Shown here: one piece after another, positions 62,921-64,000 of the stretch
How the letters are laid out: every line of letters starts with the position of its first letter
Numbering within the stretch: position 1 is the first letter of the stretch
Assembly: GCA_049300295.1 (NCBI GenBank)
Contig: JBAQJL010000069.1
Location: 7,175 to 71,174 of the forward strand
From: Xanthobacteraceae bacterium
Lineage (GTDB): Bacteria > Pseudomonadota > Alphaproteobacteria > Rhizobiales > Xanthobacteraceae
Length of the DNA stretch: 64,000 nucleotides
Direction of reading: 5' to 3'
Made by a program: the position numbers and the translations under genes
The notes under the pieces: generated by a model
What the model was told of the DNA's origin: nothing
Database searches by the model: none
What the model saw: only the letters and a program-made list of their open reading frames with translations

Positions 62921-63215
62921 GCAACGGATATGCGTAGGCCCGGCTTTTCGGCCGGGCCTCGCACAGTCACGCGCGTCGCCTTAAATCGCTGGCCGTGGCG
63001 GCCGAAAAAATAGGCCTAAACCACGATAATCCTTAACTGCAAATTTGGAGGAGCCACCGCAATTGATTACGTCCCGTGGCTGCTCGTCGTTGCATCTCCA
63101 ATCCTGTGAGCAACGTGGACCTTGGCCAAAAGTTCCGCCAACGCCGGTCTGGTCCGGACCCAAAACACCGCCTTTGCCGGATCGGCATTTATATTGGGGA
63201 GCCCTATCCCTTTGG

Positions 63216-63243
63216 TTGTCAGAGAGAATCCGGCCGCTATAGT
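63216..63243 (+). promoter_or_regulatory. Candidate sigma70-type promoter for tRNA-Ser
   Basis: TTGTCA (63216..63221), a 16-nt spacer, then TATAGT (63238..63243). The tRNA 5' end lies 14 nt downstream. Confidence 0.45.
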
Positions 63244-63257
63244 GCGCCCGGCGCGCC

Positions 63258-63347
63258 GGAGGGATGGCCGAGTGGCTGAAGGCGCTCGCTTGGAAAGCGT
63301 GTATACGGGAAACCGTATCGTGGGTTCGAATCCCACTCCCTCCGCCA
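63258..63347 (+). tRNA. tRNA-Ser (anticodon GGA), type II with long variable arm, CCA encoded
   Basis: Hand-folded structure:
- Acceptor: GGAGGGA/UCCCUCC.
- D arm: GCC..GGC.
- Anticodon stem: CUCGC/GCGUG, with one U-U mismatch at 28:42.
- Anticodon loop: UUGGAAA.
- Variable arm: AUACGG-GAAA-CCGUAU.
- T arm: GUGGG-UUCGAAU-CCCAC.
- Discriminator G followed by CCA. Confidence 0.9.
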
Positions 63348-63405
63348 CCCGCCGCCGAAGGTATTACGCTATTCTTCATCGTATGAGCGCTTTGGGAGAA
63401 TCCTG

Positions 63406-63801
63406 ATGGACATCGATGTTGGCCTGCTTGACCATTACAACGTGTCGACCCGCAAGCTCGGAGAGACCGTGCGATTTTATGAGGAGGTGCTGGGTTTCGA
63501 GAACGGGCCGCGGCCACCGTTCAATTTCCCAGGAGCCTGGCTCTACAGCGCCGGCCATCCCGTTCTGCACCTCAACGACATTGCGCAAACCGACCGCGAA
63601 CAGCGTGCCGATTCCGGCGTCATCGATCATGTCGCCTTCGGCAGCCGCGGCTTCGAGGCCATGAAGAAGCGTCTCGCCGGCAAGGGTCTCGATTATCGCG
63701 TCAACGAGGTCCCCAACAGCACCCGCCGCCAGATCTTCCTGCGCGATCCCAACAACGTCGAGATCGAGCTCAATTTCGACACCAAGAATGAGACGGCCTG
63801 A
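63406..63801 (+). CDS. Glyoxalase / bleomycin-resistance / VOC-family protein
   Basis: 131 aa. It has LDHYNVSTRKL..TVRFYEEVLGF, DHVAF and FLRDPNNVEIEL. Confidence 0.85.
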   Translation: MDIDVGLLDHYNVSTRKLGETVRFYEEVLGFENGPRPPFNFPGAWLYSAGHPVLHLNDIAQTDREQRADSGVIDHVAFGSRGFEAMKKRLAGKGLDYRVNEVPNSTRRQIFLRDPNNVEIELNFDTKNETA

Positions 63802-63951
63802 GCGGCCTCGCCCTTCGACCTGAGCGCAACACGCGTACACTGTAGGCCGCGAATACGGCTCGCAGCAGGATGCGCTTGCCGCAGCGCGACAACAATGCAA
63901 AAACGGCTCAATAAATAGAATTCAGGCGCCAAAAAACGGAGAAAATCGCCC

Positions 63952-64000
63952 ATGCGTACTGTTGCGCTCGAGGAGCATTTTTCGGTCCCGTCCATCGCCA
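63952..64000 (+). CDS. 5' end of a CDS truncated by the window end (amidohydrolase-2-like N-terminus)
   Basis: ATG 63952 has GGAGA 8 nt upstream. It reads MRTVALEEHFSVPSIA..., and the (I/V)ALEEHF start is common in amidohydrolase-2 enzymes. Only 16 codons are visible. Confidence 0.4.
   Translation, partial: MRTVALEEHFSVPSIA

Noticed and set aside
62937-62960. The GC hairpin GGCCCGGC-TTTTCG-GCCGGGCC upstream of fdhD, considered as a terminator.
   Set aside because: It has no U-tract on either strand. It lies upstream of fdhD, not downstream, and no plus-strand gene ends there. It may be a regulatory or REP-like stem, but I cannot support a call.
62981-63517. A 178-aa minus-strand ORF covering the tRNA-Ser locus.
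   Set aside because: It overlaps a well-folding tRNA and the start of the VOC gene on the opposite strand. It has no protein-like features.
1-64000. A mobile genetic element, prophage, integron or defence island spanning part of the window.
   Set aside because: No transposase, integrase, recombinase, phage structural, restriction-modification, cas or other recognisable defence genes were found in any frame. The only mobile-type signatures are short REP/MITE-like palindromes and the embedded TA pair.

Overview
High-GC (by eye about 63-66%) chromosomal segment. Its gene content and synteny suggest an alphaproteobacterium of the Nitrobacteraceae/Bradyrhizobiaceae type: cycM-like cytochrome c, kdsB-pheA, many Bug/TctC orphan binding proteins, and GTCAT-type extragenic palindromes. 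This assignment is an inference, not a database result. I support 58 intact or partial CDS, 1 frameshifted pseudogene, 1 tRNA-Ser(GGA) and several repeat families. I see no rRNA, CRISPR array, transposase, integrase or phage genes.

Main blocks:
- 1-7.9 kb: hydroxy-acid/aromatic catabolic genes (FMN hydroxy-acid dehydrogenase, ABM protein, MFS permease, group-D flavin monooxygenase, SDR, amidohydrolase, binding proteins).
- 8.0-10.0 kb: an EgtC-like amidotransferase plus a YbdK/GCS2 ligase.
- 10.2-19.5 kb: one long minus-strand operon, yejA-yejA-yejB-yejE-[antitoxin-PIN toxin]-yejF-dsbA.
- 19.7-31.4 kb: housekeeping genes (cytochrome c, kdsB, pheA, phosphomannomutase, hrpB, polA).
- 31.4-37.5 kb: transport and miscellaneous genes.
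- 37.7-41.1 kb: a Rieske oxygenase cluster.
- 41.2-44.5 kb: hypothetical and membrane proteins plus an orphan GAF histidine kinase.
- 44.7-47.4 kb: an IorAB-type molybdenum hydroxylase.
- 47.5-52.9 kb: a LysR regulator, a frameshifted Bug gene, a 1.1-kb non-coding gap, a Zn-ADH and a Bug gene.
- 52.9-62.9 kb: a molybdenum-cofactor neighbourhood (TusA-like, three MoeA paralogues, mobB, mobA, fdhD) interrupted by a Bug-like gene plus LeuCD-like genes.
- 63.3 kb: tRNA-Ser.

Most unusual observations:
1. An unexplained 1.1-kb non-coding region (49.6-50.7 kb) dense in tetraloop-capped GC hairpins.
2. A PIN toxin-antitoxin pair embedded in, and translationally coupled to, the yej peptide-importer operon.
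3. An in-frame palindromic insert inside moeA.
4. A Bug gene broken at a C6 homopolymer.

All coordinates and motifs were read by eye. No searches or folding programs were run.
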